This document shows, in pieces, positions 41,822 to 52,194 of a stretch of 63,541 bases of DNA. Every line of letters starts with the position of its first letter. Within the stretch, counting starts at the first letter, position 1. The notes below the pieces were generated by a model. The model searched no databases, was not told the DNA's origin, and saw only the letters and a program-made list of their open reading frames with translations. This DNA comes from an uncultured Methylotenera sp. GTDB lineage: Bacteria > Pseudomonadota > Gammaproteobacteria > Burkholderiales > Methylophilaceae. The position numbers were made by a program, and so were the translations under genes. The stretch spans positions 1-63,541 of the forward strand of contig CABHOJ010000062.1 of NCBI GenBank assembly GCA_902168195.1, written 5' to 3'.

Positions 41822-44800
41822 TTACAGCAATACCTTCTCGATACCGCCGTTGTTGGCTTTGTGCACGTAATCCTGCATCCAGTTCTCGCCGAGGATGTGC
41901 TTGGCCATCTCCACCACGATGTAGTCGGCCTGCACCCCGGTATCTTCACCGTAACGTGCCAGACCCTGTAGGCAGGATGGGCAGGACGTCAGGATCTTCA
42001 CCTCCTGCTCCGGTGCCCCAGGCGTGAGACCAAGCTTGGTCATGCCCTTCTCCAGCTCTTCTTGCTTGCGCATCTTGACCTGGGTCGCGATATCGGGACG
42101 TGCGACGGCGAAGGTACCTGATTCGCCACAGCAACGGTCGTTCAATGCGACTTCGGTGTTCATCAGTGCATTGGTGACCTTGAGCGGTGCGTAGGTCTTC
42201 ATCGGCGTGTGGCATGGATCGTGATACATGTATCGCACCCCGGTCACGCCTTCGATCTTCATGTTCTTCTCCATGAGGTATTCATGGATGTCGAGCAGGC
42301 GACAGCCCGGGAAGATCTTCTCGAATTCGTACTTCTGCAGCTGATCCATACAGGTGCCGCAAGAGACGATCACGGTCTTGATGTCCAGATAGTTCAGCGT
42401 GTTGGCGATCCGGTGGAACTGCACACGGTTCTCCGCCGTGATCTGCTGGCCCTTGTCGTGATTGCCGGCAGAGGTCTGCGGATAACCGCAACACAAGTAA
42501 CCCGGCGGCAGCACGGTCACCGCGCCAACCTCATAGAGCATGGCCTGGGTCGCCAGACCCACGGTCGAGAACAACCGCTCCGAACCGCAGCCCGGGAAGT
42601 AGAACACGGCATCCGAATCGTCGTTGGTCTTTTGCGGGTTACGGATGATCGGCACCATGGTGTCGTCCTCGATACCGAGCAAAGCGCGCGAGGTCTTGGT
42701 CGGCATGTTCTTGGGCATCGGCCGATTGAGGAAATGGATGACCTGCGCCTTGATCTCGGGCTTACCGACGGTCGCAGGAGGGCGCTTTTTGTATAGCTTG
42801 GATACACCCAGTTTTTCCACGATCGCGTGCGCCAAACGCTGGGCACGATAACCGAATCCCACCATCGCGGCACGCATGACCTTAATGGTCATCGGGTCCT
42901 TGATGTTGAGGAAGGTCATGGCCAACGTCGTGCCAGGATTAAAGTGTTTCTTGCCCTGTTCGCGCAGGAAGTTACGCATGGCGATCGACACGTCACCGAA
43001 ATCGATATCGACCGGGCACGGATTCAGACAACGATGGCAGACCGTACAATGGTCGGCGACATCGTTGAACTCGTCGAAATGCTTGAGCGAGATACCGCGT
43101 CGCGTCTGTTCCTCGTACAGGAAAGCCTCGATCAACAGCGAGGTGCCCAGGATCTTGTTGCGCGGCGAGTACAGCAAATTGGCGCGTGGCACATGGGTTG
43201 TACACACGGGCTTGCACTTGCCGCAACGCAAACAGTCGCTGATGGAGTCGGCGATCTCACCGATGGCCGATTGCTCCATGATGATGGATTCCTGCTCCAG
43301 CAGGCCGAAGGATGGGGTATAAGCGCTGTCCAGGCCCGATCCGGCCATCAGCTTGCCCTTGTTGAAGCGGCCTTCCGGGTCGACCTTCTGCTTGTATTCA
43401 GCGAAGGTGGCGATGGTCTTCTCGTCGAGGAACTCCATCTTGGTGATACCAATGCCGTGCTCGCCCGAGATCACCCCATCGAGGCTTTTCGCCAGATCCA
43501 TGACGCGTGCCACGGCGGCATGCGCATCCTGCATCATGCCGTAATCGTCGGAATTGACCGGGATATTGGTATGCACGTTGCCGTCACCGGCGTGCATGTG
43601 CAGCGCGATGAAGACGCGGCTCTTCAATATCTTCTTCTGCAGTTCCTCGCATTTTTCAAGGATCTTCTGGTAAGCCCTGCCGGTGAAGATCTCCTGCAGC
43701 GGCTTCCTCAGCTCGCGCTTCCAGGAAACGCGCAGCTCGTAGGATTGCACGGCACGGAAGATGTTCTCGTAATGCCCGTAGCGCGCGGCATCGTCCTCAC
43801 CGAGCAGGCTGACGGGCGCATCCAGATTGTTCAGGATGGTCGTCCAGCGCTCACGCAACTGGTTGAGCAAGCCTAGCGACAGCATGCGCTTGGTCTCGAC
43901 GGTGTCGGCATCGGCGCTGGTGTCCTCGTCCTGATGCAGAGGCAGGTCGCCGGCGAAGAATGCCTGCAATTCATCCAGTAGCTTGAGTTTATTGCCGATC
44001 GAGAGCTCGATATTGATACGCTCGATACCGTCCGAATAATCGCCGAGGCGCGGCAACGGGATCACCACGTCCTCGTTGATCTTGAAGGCGTTGGTATGTT
44101 TGGCGATGGCGGCCGTACGCGCGCGATCGAGCCAGAACTTCTTGCGCGCTTCGGCAGACACGGCGATGAACCCCTCGCCGCCGCGTGCATTGGCAAGCCG
44201 GACGATGTGCGAGGCGGCTTCGCCGACGGCGCTCTCGTCATCACTGGCGATATCGGCGATCAGCACCATCTTCGGGCGCTCGGCGCGGCTCGCCTTGGTC
44301 GCGTAACCGACCGCCTTGATGTAGCGTTCGTCCATGTGCTCCAGCCCTGCGAGCAGGGTGGATTCGGTAGCGTCCAGGTGATCCTTGATCTCGACGATAG
44401 CCGGGACGGCGAGCGCGACATTGCCGAAGAACTCCAGGCAGACGGTGCGCACATGCTTGGGCATGCGATGCAGGATGAAGGTGGCGGATGTGATGAGACC
44501 GTCACAGCCTTCCTTCTGGATGCCCGGCAGGCCCGACAAGAACTTGTCCGTCACGTCCTTGCCGAGGCCGACCTTGCGGAAGCTTGGACCCGGGATCTCG
44601 AGGATCTCCGGCTCGGCGCGCATGGTCTTGCCGTCCGCATCGTAACGGCTGATCTTGAAGCGGGCGACGTCGATGTCGTGAATCTTGCCGAGGTTGTGGT
44701 CGAGGCGCTCGATCTCCATCCAGGTGGCGTCGGGCGTCACCATGCGCCAGGAGGCCAGGTTATCCAGTGCCGTGCCCCAAAGTACGGCCTTCTTGCCGCC

Positions 44801-45640
44801 GGCATTCATGGCGACATTGCCGCCGATACACGAAGCATCGGCCGAGGTCGGGTCACAGGCGAACTCCAGCCCGGCTTCGGTCGCGGCTTCCATGGCACGA
44901 CGCGTCACCACGCCGGCGCCGCAGCGTATGGTCGGCACCTGGCGATTGACGCCTGGCAAGGTGCGCATCTCGACGCGGCCCAGCGTATCGAGTTTCTCGG
45001 TATTGATGACCGCCGATAGCTTGGTCAACGGCACGGCGCCGCCGGTGTAACCGGTGCCGCCTCCACGTGGGATGATGGTCAGGCCGAGTTCGATACAGGC
45101 TTTAACGATGGCCGCGACTTCTTCTTCGGTGTCGGGATTGACGACGACGAAGGGATACTCGACGCGCCAGTCGGTGGCGTCGGTCACATGCGAGACGCGT
45201 GCGAGGCCGTCGAACTGGATGTTGTCCTTGCGGGTGATCTTGCCGAGTTTCGCCAGCGTCTTCTTGCGCAGGTTCTCGGAGAGCTTGAAGTCGTTCTCGA
45301 ATTCGGTGACGGCCTGACGCGCCGCGATGACCAGCTTGAGCACCTTGGGGTTACCATGGCTGCGCTCGTCGATGGCCTTGATACGGTGATGCAAGGCATC
45401 GACCAGGGCTTTACGGCGTTTCTTGTTGGCCAGCAGGTCGTCCTGCAGGTAAGGATTGCGTGTGACTACCCAGAGATCGCCGAGGACCTCGAACAGCATC
45501 CTGGCGGAGCGCCCGGTCTTGCGTTCGTCGCGGAGTTCATTGAGTACATTCCAGATTTCTTCGCCCAGGAATCGAATGACGATTTCACGGTCAGAGAATG
45601 AAGTGTAGTTATAGGGGATTTCGCGTAATCGGGCGGTCAT
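41822..45640 (-). CDS. Giant fusion oxidoreductase: DUF3683-like N-domain + FAD-binding (GlcD/PCMH) dehydrogenase + 2x[4Fe-4S] + CCG (GlcF/HdrD-like) domains (YdiJ-like)
   Basis: N-terminus [21 protein letters not shown] domain [14 protein letters not shown]. Ferredoxin motifs [11 protein letters not shown] and [15 protein letters not shown] motifs LCCGYP and RCCGESG. The start is ATG at 45640 or 45667. Confidence 0.85.
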   Translation of the reverse strand: MTARLREIPYNYTSFSDREIVIRFLGEEIWNVLNELRDERKTGRSARMLFEVLGDLWVVTRNPYLQDDLLANKKRRKALVDALHHRIKAIDERSHGNPKVLKLVIAARQAVTEFENDFKLSENLRKKTLAKLGKITRKDNIQFDGLARVSHVTDATDWRVEYPFVVVNPDTEEEVAAIVKACIELGLTIIPRGGGTGYTGGAVPLTKLSAVINTEKLDTLGRVEMRTLPGVNRQVPTIRCGAGVVTRRAMEAATEAGLEFACDPTSADASCIGGNVAMNAGGKKAVLWGTALDNLASWRMVTPDATWMEIERLDHNLGKIHDIDVARFKISRYDADGKTMRAEPEILEIPGPSFRKVGLGKDVTDKFLSGLPGIQKEGCDGLITSATFILHRMPKHVRTVCLEFFGNVALAVPAIVEIKDHLDATESTLLAGLEHMDERYIKAVGYATKASRAERPKMVLIADIASDDESAVGEAASHIVRLANARGGEGFIAVSAEARKKFWLDRARTAAIAKHTNAFKINEDVVIPLPRLGDYSDGIERINIELSIGNKLKLLDELQAFFAGDLPLHQDEDTSADADTVETKRMLSLGLLNQLRERWTTILNNLDAPVSLLGEDDAARYGHYENIFRAVQSYELRVSWKRELRKPLQEIFTGRAYQKILEKCEELQKKILKSRVFIALHMHAGDGNVHTNIPVNSDDYGMMQDAHAAVARVMDLAKSLDGVISGEHGIGITKMEFLDEKTIATFAEYKQKVDPEGRFNKGKLMAGSGLDSAYTPSFGLLEQESIIMEQSAIGEIADSISDCLRCGKCKPVCTTHVPRANLLYSPRNKILGTSLLIEAFLYEEQTRRGISLKHFDEFNDVADHCTVCHRCLNPCPVDIDFGDVSIAMRNFLREQGKKHFNPGTTLAMTFLNIKDPMTIKVMRAAMVGFGYRAQRLAHAIVEKLGVSKLYKKRPPATVGKPEIKAQVIHFLNRPMPKNMPTKTSRALLGIEDDTMVPIIRNPQKTNDDSDAVFYFPGCGSERLFSTVGLATQAMLYEVGAVTVLPPGYLCCGYPQTSAGNHDKGQQITAENRVQFHRIANTLNYLDIKTVIVSCGTCMDQLQKYEFEKIFPGCRLLDIHEYLMEKNMKIEGVTGVRYMYHDPCHTPMKTYAPLKVTNALMNTEVALNDRCCGESGTFAVARPDIATQVKMRKQEELEKGMTKLGLTPGAPEQEVKILTSCPSCLQGLARYGEDTGVQADYIVVEMAKHILGENWMQDYVHKANNGGIEKVLL

Positions 45641-45791
45641 GAATCGGCTGATGGATAAAGATGTCATTGTATCATGGCGAGAGACCTTCAAGATAACCTT
45701 GCGGTTCCTGTCAACTAATGACAAATCACGGAAAAGACACGACAATTGCCCCTTTTCGCCGAGTGGCTTTCACAGGAAAAAGACGAAACAG

Positions 45792-46298
45792 ATGCTAAGC
45801 AAAACCACCAAATGGATCTTACCGATCGCCATCCTCGGGTTGCTGGCCTTCCTCGCGATCTCCCTGACCAACAAAGCCAAGGCGCCGGAAGTGACCTTCA
45901 CGACCATCGAGGGCAAGGCCATCCCCCTTTCTTCGCTGAATGGGCAGGTCGTGCTGGTGAACTTCTGGGCAACCGATTGCCCCGGCTGCATCGCCGAGAT
46001 GCCAGGCCTGATCAAGACCTACAACGACTATCACGACCGGGGCTTCGAAGTGATCGCGGTGGCCATGTCCTACGATCCGCCGAGCCAGGTGCTCAACTAC
46101 ACCAAGAAGAATGCGCTGCCCTTCCCGGTGATGCATGACGGCTATGGCGAGATCGCCAAGCAATTCAACGAGGTGCGCGTGACGCCTACCGCATATATCC
46201 TCGACAAGGAAGGCAAGGTCATCCGCAAGGTGGTGGGCGAATTGAATTTCCCCGACCTGCATAAACTGCTCGACGAACAACTGAGGAAACCTGTCTGA
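45792..46298 (+). CDS. TlpA/ResA-like membrane-anchored thiol:disulfide oxidoreductase
   Basis: I trimmed the start to MLSKTTKWILPIAILGLLAFLAI. Thioredoxin CxxC motif WATDCPGC. Confidence 0.85.
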   Translation: MLSKTTKWILPIAILGLLAFLAISLTNKAKAPEVTFTTIEGKAIPLSSLNGQVVLVNFWATDCPGCIAEMPGLIKTYNDYHDRGFEVIAVAMSYDPPSQVLNYTKKNALPFPVMHDGYGEIAKQFNEVRVTPTAYILDKEGKVIRKVVGELNFPDLHKLLDEQLRKPV

Positions 46299-46711
46299 TG
46301 CTCTGGATCAAGGCCTGGCATATCATCTTCATGGTCACCTGGTTCGCCGGGCTGTTCTACTTGCCGCGCCTGTTCGTGTATCACGCCATGTCAGAGGACG
46401 CCATCAGCCAGGAACGTTTCAAGGTCATGGAACGCAAGCTGTTCTACGGCATCATGACCCCAGGGGCCATCCTCACCATCGTCTTCGGTGTCTGGCTGTG
46501 GCTGGGCTATGGCATCACCGGCGGCTGGCTCATGGCAAAACTCCTGCTCGTGGTCGGCCTGGTGATCTATCACCTCTACTGCGGTGTGCTGCTGGTCGAG
46601 TTCAAGCACGATCGCAACAAGCATAGCCATGTCTATTACCGCTGGTTCAACGAAGTGCCGGTGATCGCGCTCATCGCGATCATATTGCTGGTCGAACTCA
46701 AGCCTTTTTGA
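46298..46711 (+). CDS. hemJ: Protoporphyrinogen IX oxidase HemJ
   Basis: 137 aa, MLWIKAWHIIFMVTWFAGLFYLPRLFVYHA. Its ATG overlaps the upstream stop (TGATG). Confidence 0.88.
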   Translation: MLWIKAWHIIFMVTWFAGLFYLPRLFVYHAMSEDAISQERFKVMERKLFYGIMTPGAILTIVFGVWLWLGYGITGGWLMAKLLLVVGLVIYHLYCGVLLVEFKHDRNKHSHVYYRWFNEVPVIALIAIILLVELKPF

Positions 46712-46724
46712 CAGAATGTGAACC

Positions 46725-47471
46725 ATGGATATCCTGAATTCAGCCTGGTTCGTCGGCATGTTGAAGAAGTCCGGCACTGCACCGCAGGCCAGACTGCTCA
46801 GTATGTTCGATATCCTCGGCGACTGGCTGCAGGCACCGAACATGCGGGAACTGGTCTCGCAGCAACCGCTTGCGGCACATCCCAGCGGCGAATTACTGGA
46901 TTACCTCACCACCCAGGCACGGGCATGCGGCGTGCAGATGCCGGAACTCCTCGCCCAGCAGCTCTACTTCATGGCCAGGGGCGCCATTCAGGAAGCTCTG
47001 ACTGCCGATATGGCTTCCACCATCGAAAATGCCAAGGAGGCCGCCAGCGCGCTGATCCGCGCACAATCCGAACGTGAACCGCAGCCGCGCAAACCGGCAT
47101 ACGCGATCGCTGCCAGTCTGCTCGTCGTGAGCGGCTTGTGTGGTGGTCTGTTGCTGCATTTCTGGCAAAGTGGCCCGACCCAGACACTGGCGCAATCGCT
47201 CGGCCAGGCTTCCATGACCAGTGCCCGCGCCGAACCACAGAACCCTGCCAACACGGCCGAGATCTATGCAGTGATGGAGCAGATGCGTAAAGGCGTCTGC
47301 CAGTTCCCCGAGGCCCTGCAGCTGCCGGGGCCGCAGCAGAAGGTCTATGTGGAACTGGTGGTCGACGGCTTGATCCCGACCACGAAAGAAGACCAGGCCA
47401 TCGCCCGCGACCTCATCCAGAAGGTTCGCTGCAATTACACCCCGATGCTGATGTCGAATTCGATCAGCTAG
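46725..47471 (+). CDS. Hypothetical single-pass membrane protein
   Basis: 248 aa. The cytoplasmic N-domain resembles the C-terminal half of a TetR regulator but has no HTH. TM segment AYAIAASLLVVSGLCGGLLLHFW. Cys-containing outer domain. Confidence 0.5.
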   Translation: MDILNSAWFVGMLKKSGTAPQARLLSMFDILGDWLQAPNMRELVSQQPLAAHPSGELLDYLTTQARACGVQMPELLAQQLYFMARGAIQEALTADMASTIENAKEAASALIRAQSEREPQPRKPAYAIAASLLVVSGLCGGLLLHFWQSGPTQTLAQSLGQASMTSARAEPQNPANTAEIYAVMEQMRKGVCQFPEALQLPGPQQKVYVELVVDGLIPTTKEDQAIARDLIQKVRCNYTPMLMSNSIS

Positions 47472-47487
47472 CGTTGAATACCTGAAT

Positions 47488-47517
47488 AAAAAAAGGCCAA
47501 CATCGTTGGCCTTTTTT
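47488..47517. terminator. Bidirectional rho-independent terminator
   Basis: A7-AAGGCCAAC-ATC-GTTGGCCTT-T6, between convergent genes. Confidence 0.8.
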
Positions 47518-47534
47518 ATTGGGGTTTGCCCGGT

Positions 47535-48056
47535 TTACTTCTCGGAGACCTTCTTCAGGTTCGCCAGACCGCTGGTGAAGATATTGGTGATGGTATCTTT
47601 CGCGGTCTTGTCGTCTTCGCCAGCCTTGGGTTCATGCGCTGGATCCTTGCGCTTGAACATGCTCTTCCAGGTGACCACGGTCTTGTCGCCCTTGGTCTGT
47701 ACGGTCAGGGTGGCACTGTATTCGCGCAGCGGCAGCACGCTCTCGGTGATCTCGTACTTGATGGTCATGCTGCCGTCATCACGCGACGTGAGCACTTCAT
47801 TGATCTTGCCGCCGTCCTGCAGCACCAGCACGCGGGTGGCGCCCACTTCGTTATTTTTGCCGCTGGTGATCTCGGTCTTGGCGATGGCAGGATGCCAGCT
47901 CATGTCGCCGAAATTACCTGCCTTGGCCCAGACGACATCCGCCGGGGCATTGATCTCGATACTTTCCTTGACGCGAATGGTCTCGTCGATCGCTGCTGCA
48001 GCGACGGCAGGCAAACAGAAAGCGACGCACAACAGCTTGATTAGCATTTTATTCAT
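47535..48056 (-). CDS. Secreted SRPBCC-superfamily (polyketide cyclase/dehydrase-like) protein
   Basis: I trimmed the start to MNKMLIKLLCVAFCLPAVAAA, with GAGG/AAGG upstream. START-like core: WHPAIAKTEI...GATRVL...YSATLTV. Confidence 0.6.
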   Translation of the reverse strand: MNKMLIKLLCVAFCLPAVAAAAIDETIRVKESIEINAPADVVWAKAGNFGDMSWHPAIAKTEITSGKNNEVGATRVLVLQDGGKINEVLTSRDDGSMTIKYEITESVLPLREYSATLTVQTKGDKTVVTWKSMFKRKDPAHEPKAGEDDKTAKDTITNIFTSGLANLKKVSEK

Positions 48057-48306
48057 GAACCTTAACCTCATATTGATTTGGGATATTTGAAACCATATCG
48101 CTTTCGACAGGTGCGCATAATCTACAGGATTTTTCACGACTGTAAAGGGCTATAACCCAGATACAGCAAGGCTTGCGCGGTGGTTCCATGGCTACTGGCA
48201 ACCACCACACCGACTAGGTCCGTCCCCGGATCGGCGTGGGTATACTGCACGGTATATATTTTTCCCTTGCATTAGGTTAGACTGCAAAAAAATCCGGAAT
48301 AACGTC

Positions 48307-48876
48307 ATGTCCTTACTCAGGGAAAAGATACTCAACGTCGCCACCGATCTGTTCCAGACGCGGGGCATCAACTCCACCGGGGTCGACACCATCGTGGCCG
48401 TGGCCGGCACGACCAAGATGACGTTGTACAAGTATTTCCGTAGCAAGGAAGACTTGATCCTGGAAGTGTTGCAGAAAGGGCACCAAGATTTTCAGACGTG
48501 GTTGAGCGACAAGCTCACCAGCAACACCAAGAAGCCGTCCGAGAAACTGCAAAAGCTGTTCGATTTCATCGAAGAATGGGTGAGCGCCCCGGATTTCCGT
48601 GGCATGGCGTTCCTCAAGGCCTCGGCCGAATTCCCCAACGAAGAGAATGCCGTCCATCGACTCTCTGCAGAGCATTCCCGGCAATTCCGTCAGTACCTGA
48701 CCAGCCTTGCGACCGAAGCCGGCGTCAAGGACGCGGACAGCCTCTCGCTACAACTCTCTTTGCTCATCGAAGGCGCCATACAGGCCGAACAGATGAAGCG
48801 CGGTTCCGGTGCGGTCAAATACGCCAAGAAAGCCGCCAAGATCCTCATCGACAGCGCGCTCAAGGATTCACGCTAG
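48307..48876 (+). CDS. TetR family transcriptional regulator
   Basis: 189 aa. HTH: GINSTGVDTIVAVAGTTKMTLYKYFRSKEDL. Confidence 0.9.
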   Translation: MSLLREKILNVATDLFQTRGINSTGVDTIVAVAGTTKMTLYKYFRSKEDLILEVLQKGHQDFQTWLSDKLTSNTKKPSEKLQKLFDFIEEWVSAPDFRGMAFLKASAEFPNEENAVHRLSAEHSRQFRQYLTSLATEAGVKDADSLSLQLSLLIEGAIQAEQMKRGSGAVKYAKKAAKILIDSALKDSR

Positions 48877-48933
48877 ACCTTGCCCGTGCCACGGTAGTCT
48901 CAGCAGCAGAACTTCGCCCTCGCTCTAGCCTCC

Positions 48934-50580
48934 TTACTTATAAGCTGCATCGATCTGCGCGCGATAGCGTTCGACGACCTGGTTGCGTTTCACCTTCATC
49001 GTCGGCGTCATCAATCCGTTCTCCACGTCCCACGCCGCATCAGTTATGACGACGCGCCGGATGCGCGCGTACCGTGGCAAGTGGCGGATCTGCTGATTGG
49101 CCTTCTGTAACAGGGCTGCATGGTCCGCATGTTTGCTCACCACCAGCAATACCAAGAAAGGTCGCGCCTCCCCGACCACCATGACTTGTTCGAATACCGG
49201 ATCCTTGAGGATCGCCGATTCGATATCCTCAGGCGAGATCTTTTCCCCATTGGATAACACCAGGATATTCTTGCTGCGACCGCGGATGTAGATACGCCCG
49301 TCGTGGATCTCGACGATATCGCCGGTGTTCAGCCAGCCTTGCGCATCGACAGCCCCGGCAGTCGCTTCAGGATTGTTCCAGTAACCGAGCATCACGGTCT
49401 CACCCTGGATCAGCAACTCGCTCGACTCGCTGAGGCGGGTCGCGATGCCAGGCAAGGCCTCGCCGACCGACGCGGGATCGTGGTTCCCCTGGCGGTTGAC
49501 CGCCACCACGGGCGAAGCCTCCGTCAGGCCGTATCCTTGCAGCAAAGGCACACCGAGGCCGATGAAGGTCTCTGCGACCCGCTGATCCAGCGCGGCTCCA
49601 CCCACCACGGCATGCCTGAGCCGTCCACCCAACCTTTGCAACAGCGGCCCGGAGACCTTGGGATAGACGGTCTTCAGCAGCAATGCGTCATAAGCGCGCG
49701 GCGTACCCTTGAAACGCCGCCAGCCGGCGCCGATGGCCAGCTTGAACAAGCGGCGCTGTATCCAGGATTTCGCGAGGCGCTCATCGAGGCGGGCCAGGAT
49801 ACGTTCGAATAGCCGCGGGACGGCCATGATCACCGTCGGTTGCTGCTCTGCCAGGTCATTGGCGAGTTCGTTGATGCTGCGGCAATAGGTGACTTCCGCG
49901 CCCGCCTGCAGTGGCAGGTAGTAACCCGCCGTGCGCTCGAACATATGCGTCAGCGGGAGAACCGAAAGCAGACGGTCGCTCTCATAAACTTCGTAAGCGC
50001 CAAGGATAGCTGCGATATCGGCCAGGATGTTGCGATGTGAGAGCATGACGCCTTTCGGGCGTCCCACGGTGCCCGAAGTGTAGACGATGGTGGCGAGGGT
50101 CTCCGCCGATTGTTCGATGACAGTGAATGCCGGGGCATTGTCCGGCAACCAGGTCTCGACACCGATGACCGGTTCCTCCGCCTCGCCGCGCACCAGGACG
50201 ATAGCGGGCATAGGGCAGCCCGATTGCTGCAAACGGGCGAGAAAGCGCAAATGGTCGGCGATCACCAGCTTTGCACCGGCGTCCTGCAGGCACCAGCTGA
50301 GATTGTCCGCGTTGTCGTCGACATACAAAGGCACGACGACCAATCCGCAGCCATGGGCGGCGAGGTCAGCCACGACCCAATGCACGCCGTTCTTCATGCA
50401 GAGGGCGACCCGATCGCCCGGTTGCAAGCCGGAGCGCCGGTAAGCCGCCTGCCAGCGGGCTGTAGCCGCGAGCAGGTCGGCCACCGTATAGGACTGCCAG
50501 ATGCCTTCCTGATATTGCCGATAGAGGATCTTTTGCGGGGATGCCGCCCACTGCAGCAGTAGTTCGGCCAGATTATTCAT
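48934..50580 (-). CDS. AMP-dependent synthetase/ligase (long-chain acyl-CoA synthetase-like)
   Basis: 548 aa with YTSGTVGRPKGV, GYGLTE, TGDIVE and PTMKVKR. Confidence 0.85.
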   Translation of the reverse strand: MNNLAELLLQWAASPQKILYRQYQEGIWQSYTVADLLAATARWQAAYRRSGLQPGDRVALCMKNGVHWVVADLAAHGCGLVVVPLYVDDNADNLSWCLQDAGAKLVIADHLRFLARLQQSGCPMPAIVLVRGEAEEPVIGVETWLPDNAPAFTVIEQSAETLATIVYTSGTVGRPKGVMLSHRNILADIAAILGAYEVYESDRLLSVLPLTHMFERTAGYYLPLQAGAEVTYCRSINELANDLAEQQPTVIMAVPRLFERILARLDERLAKSWIQRRLFKLAIGAGWRRFKGTPRAYDALLLKTVYPKVSGPLLQRLGGRLRHAVVGGAALDQRVAETFIGLGVPLLQGYGLTEASPVVAVNRQGNHDPASVGEALPGIATRLSESSELLIQGETVMLGYWNNPEATAGAVDAQGWLNTGDIVEIHDGRIYIRGRSKNILVLSNGEKISPEDIESAILKDPVFEQVMVVGEARPFLVLLVVSKHADHAALLQKANQQIRHLPRYARIRRVVITDAAWDVENGLMTPTMKVKRNQVVERYRAQIDAAYK

Positions 50581-50652
50581 CGATCAAGGTCCAAAGCTTG
50601 CCCGTGAGCGTGACGCTCGGGATAATGCAGGTTTTATCCGAAAAGTACCCAC

Positions 50653-51612
50653 ATGCATACTCTGATTTGCGGCTCACTGGCATTCGATACCATCATGGTG
50701 TTCGGGGACCGTTTCAAGCATCATATCCTGCCTGAAAAGATCCACATCCTCAATGTCGCTTTCCTGGTGCCGGAGATGCGACGCGAATTCGGCGGCACGG
50801 CGGGCAACATCGCCTACAACCTGCAATTGCTCGAGGGTAACCCGCTGATCATGGGGACGGTGGGTGAAGACTTCGGTCATTACCATTCCTGGCTTACCAG
50901 CAATAAGCTCGACACCAGCCACATCAAGACCATTCCCGGCAGCTTCACCGCCCAGGCGTTCATCACGACCGACCTCGACGACAACCAGATCACGGCCTTT
51001 CACCCGGGCGCGATGAACGAATCGCACCAGAACAGCGTGAAGGACGCAAAGGACGTCAGCCTCGCTATCATCGCTCCCGACGGTCGCGATGGCATGTTCC
51101 AGCACGCGCGTGAGTGCCACGAAGCGGGCATCCCCTTCCTGTTCGATCCCGGCCAGGGGCTGCCGATGTTCAATGGCGAAGAACTCATGCACTTCATCGA
51201 GATGGCCGATTACATGGCCGTCAATGACTATGAGGCACAACTATTGCAGGAGAAAACGGGTCATAGTCTTGAAGTGCTGGCGAGCAAGGTGAAAGCCCTG
51301 ATCGTGACGCTGGGCGGCCAAGGCTCGACCATCTATGCAGACGGTCAACGCTTTGACATCCCCTGCGTTGAAGCCTTAGAAGTTGTTGACCCAACGGGTT
51401 GCGGCGATGCCTACCGTGCTGGTTTGCTCTATGGCATCGCGCGCGGATGGGATTGGCCGACCTGTGGCAGGCTGGCTTCCACCATGGGTGCGATCAAGAT
51501 CGCCAGCCGTGGGCCGCAGAATCACAAGCCGACCCGCGAAGAGATCCAGGCGATCTACAGCCAGGCACTGGTCAACGAAGTGTTGTCCGAAGAGAAAAGA
51601 CTGAATGGATAA
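50653..51612 (+). CDS. PfkB-family carbohydrate/nucleoside kinase (adenosine-kinase-like)
   Basis: 319 aa with GGTAGNIAYNL and DPTGCGDAYRAG. Confidence 0.8.
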   Translation: MHTLICGSLAFDTIMVFGDRFKHHILPEKIHILNVAFLVPEMRREFGGTAGNIAYNLQLLEGNPLIMGTVGEDFGHYHSWLTSNKLDTSHIKTIPGSFTAQAFITTDLDDNQITAFHPGAMNESHQNSVKDAKDVSLAIIAPDGRDGMFQHARECHEAGIPFLFDPGQGLPMFNGEELMHFIEMADYMAVNDYEAQLLQEKTGHSLEVLASKVKALIVTLGGQGSTIYADGQRFDIPCVEALEVVDPTGCGDAYRAGLLYGIARGWDWPTCGRLASTMGAIKIASRGPQNHKPTREEIQAIYSQALVNEVLSEEKRLNG

Positions 51613-51622
51613 GGAGTCCATC

Positions 51623-52075
51623 ATGCGCCATACCACCATGATCGCAATCACAGCCCTCGCCCTCGTGCTCGCCGGCTGCGCCGGATCGAAGTCGGGCAGC
51701 GTCTACAGCCGCGATGAAGCGCGACGCGTGCAGACCATCAAGACCGGTGTGGTCGAGAGCGTGCGCCAAGTGAAACTGGAAGGGACCAAGACGCCGATCG
51801 GCACTGCCGGTGGCGCGGTGGTCGGCGGCATCGCCGGTAACCAGGTGGGCGGAGGCGCAGGCCAGGCGATCGCTACCGTGCTGGGTGCTATCGTCGGCGG
51901 CATCGCCGGTGCGGCGGCGGAAGAAGGCATCACGCGCAAGGACGGCGTGGAGATCACCGTCAAACTCGATAGCGGCCCGCTAGTCGCCGTTGTGCAAGAG
52001 GCTGACGAGGTCTTCCAGCCGGGCGAGAAGGTACGGCTGATCGAGAGTGGCGGCACCACCCGCGTCAGCCATTAG
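51623..52075 (+). CDS. Glycine-zipper outer-membrane lipoprotein (SlyB/PCP-like)
   Basis: I trimmed the start to MRHTTMIAITALALVLAGCAG (lipobox), with AAGGAG 6 nt upstream. Gly zipper: GGAVVGGIAGNQVGGGAGQAIATVLGAIVGGIAG. Confidence 0.8.
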   Translation: MRHTTMIAITALALVLAGCAGSKSGSVYSRDEARRVQTIKTGVVESVRQVKLEGTKTPIGTAGGAVVGGIAGNQVGGGAGQAIATVLGAIVGGIAGAAAEEGITRKDGVEITVKLDSGPLVAVVQEADEVFQPGEKVRLIESGGTTRVSH

Positions 52076-52160
52076 CGGCTGATCGGCATTCTCGTCATCG
52101 CTACCTTCGTCATCTAAGCTTAAACAATCAGTCACTAATCCGTCACGCAAGCTTCGTAAA

Positions 52161-52191
52161 GTTCCCCTGTCCTAAATCCAGTCAGGGGAAC
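52161..52191 (+). promoter_or_regulatory. Perfect 9-bp hairpin occluding the olsB ribosome-binding site
   Basis: GTTCCCCTG, a 13-nt loop, then CAGGGGAAC. The 3' arm contains the only SD-like element (AGGGGA) and ends 3 nt before the ATG at 52195. Confidence 0.45.
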
Positions 52192-52194
52192 ACG

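Noticed and set aside
48110-48137. GGTGCGCATAA, an exact match to the XerC-binding arm of the E. coli dif site as I remember it, in an intergenic region.
   Set aside because: The following 6 + 11 nt (TCTACA GGATTTTTCAC) do not resemble the central region or the normally better conserved XerD arm (TTATGTTAAAT). Nothing else in this gene neighbourhood points to a replication terminus. I treat it as a chance half-site. A genome-wide dif search and GC-skew plot would settle it.
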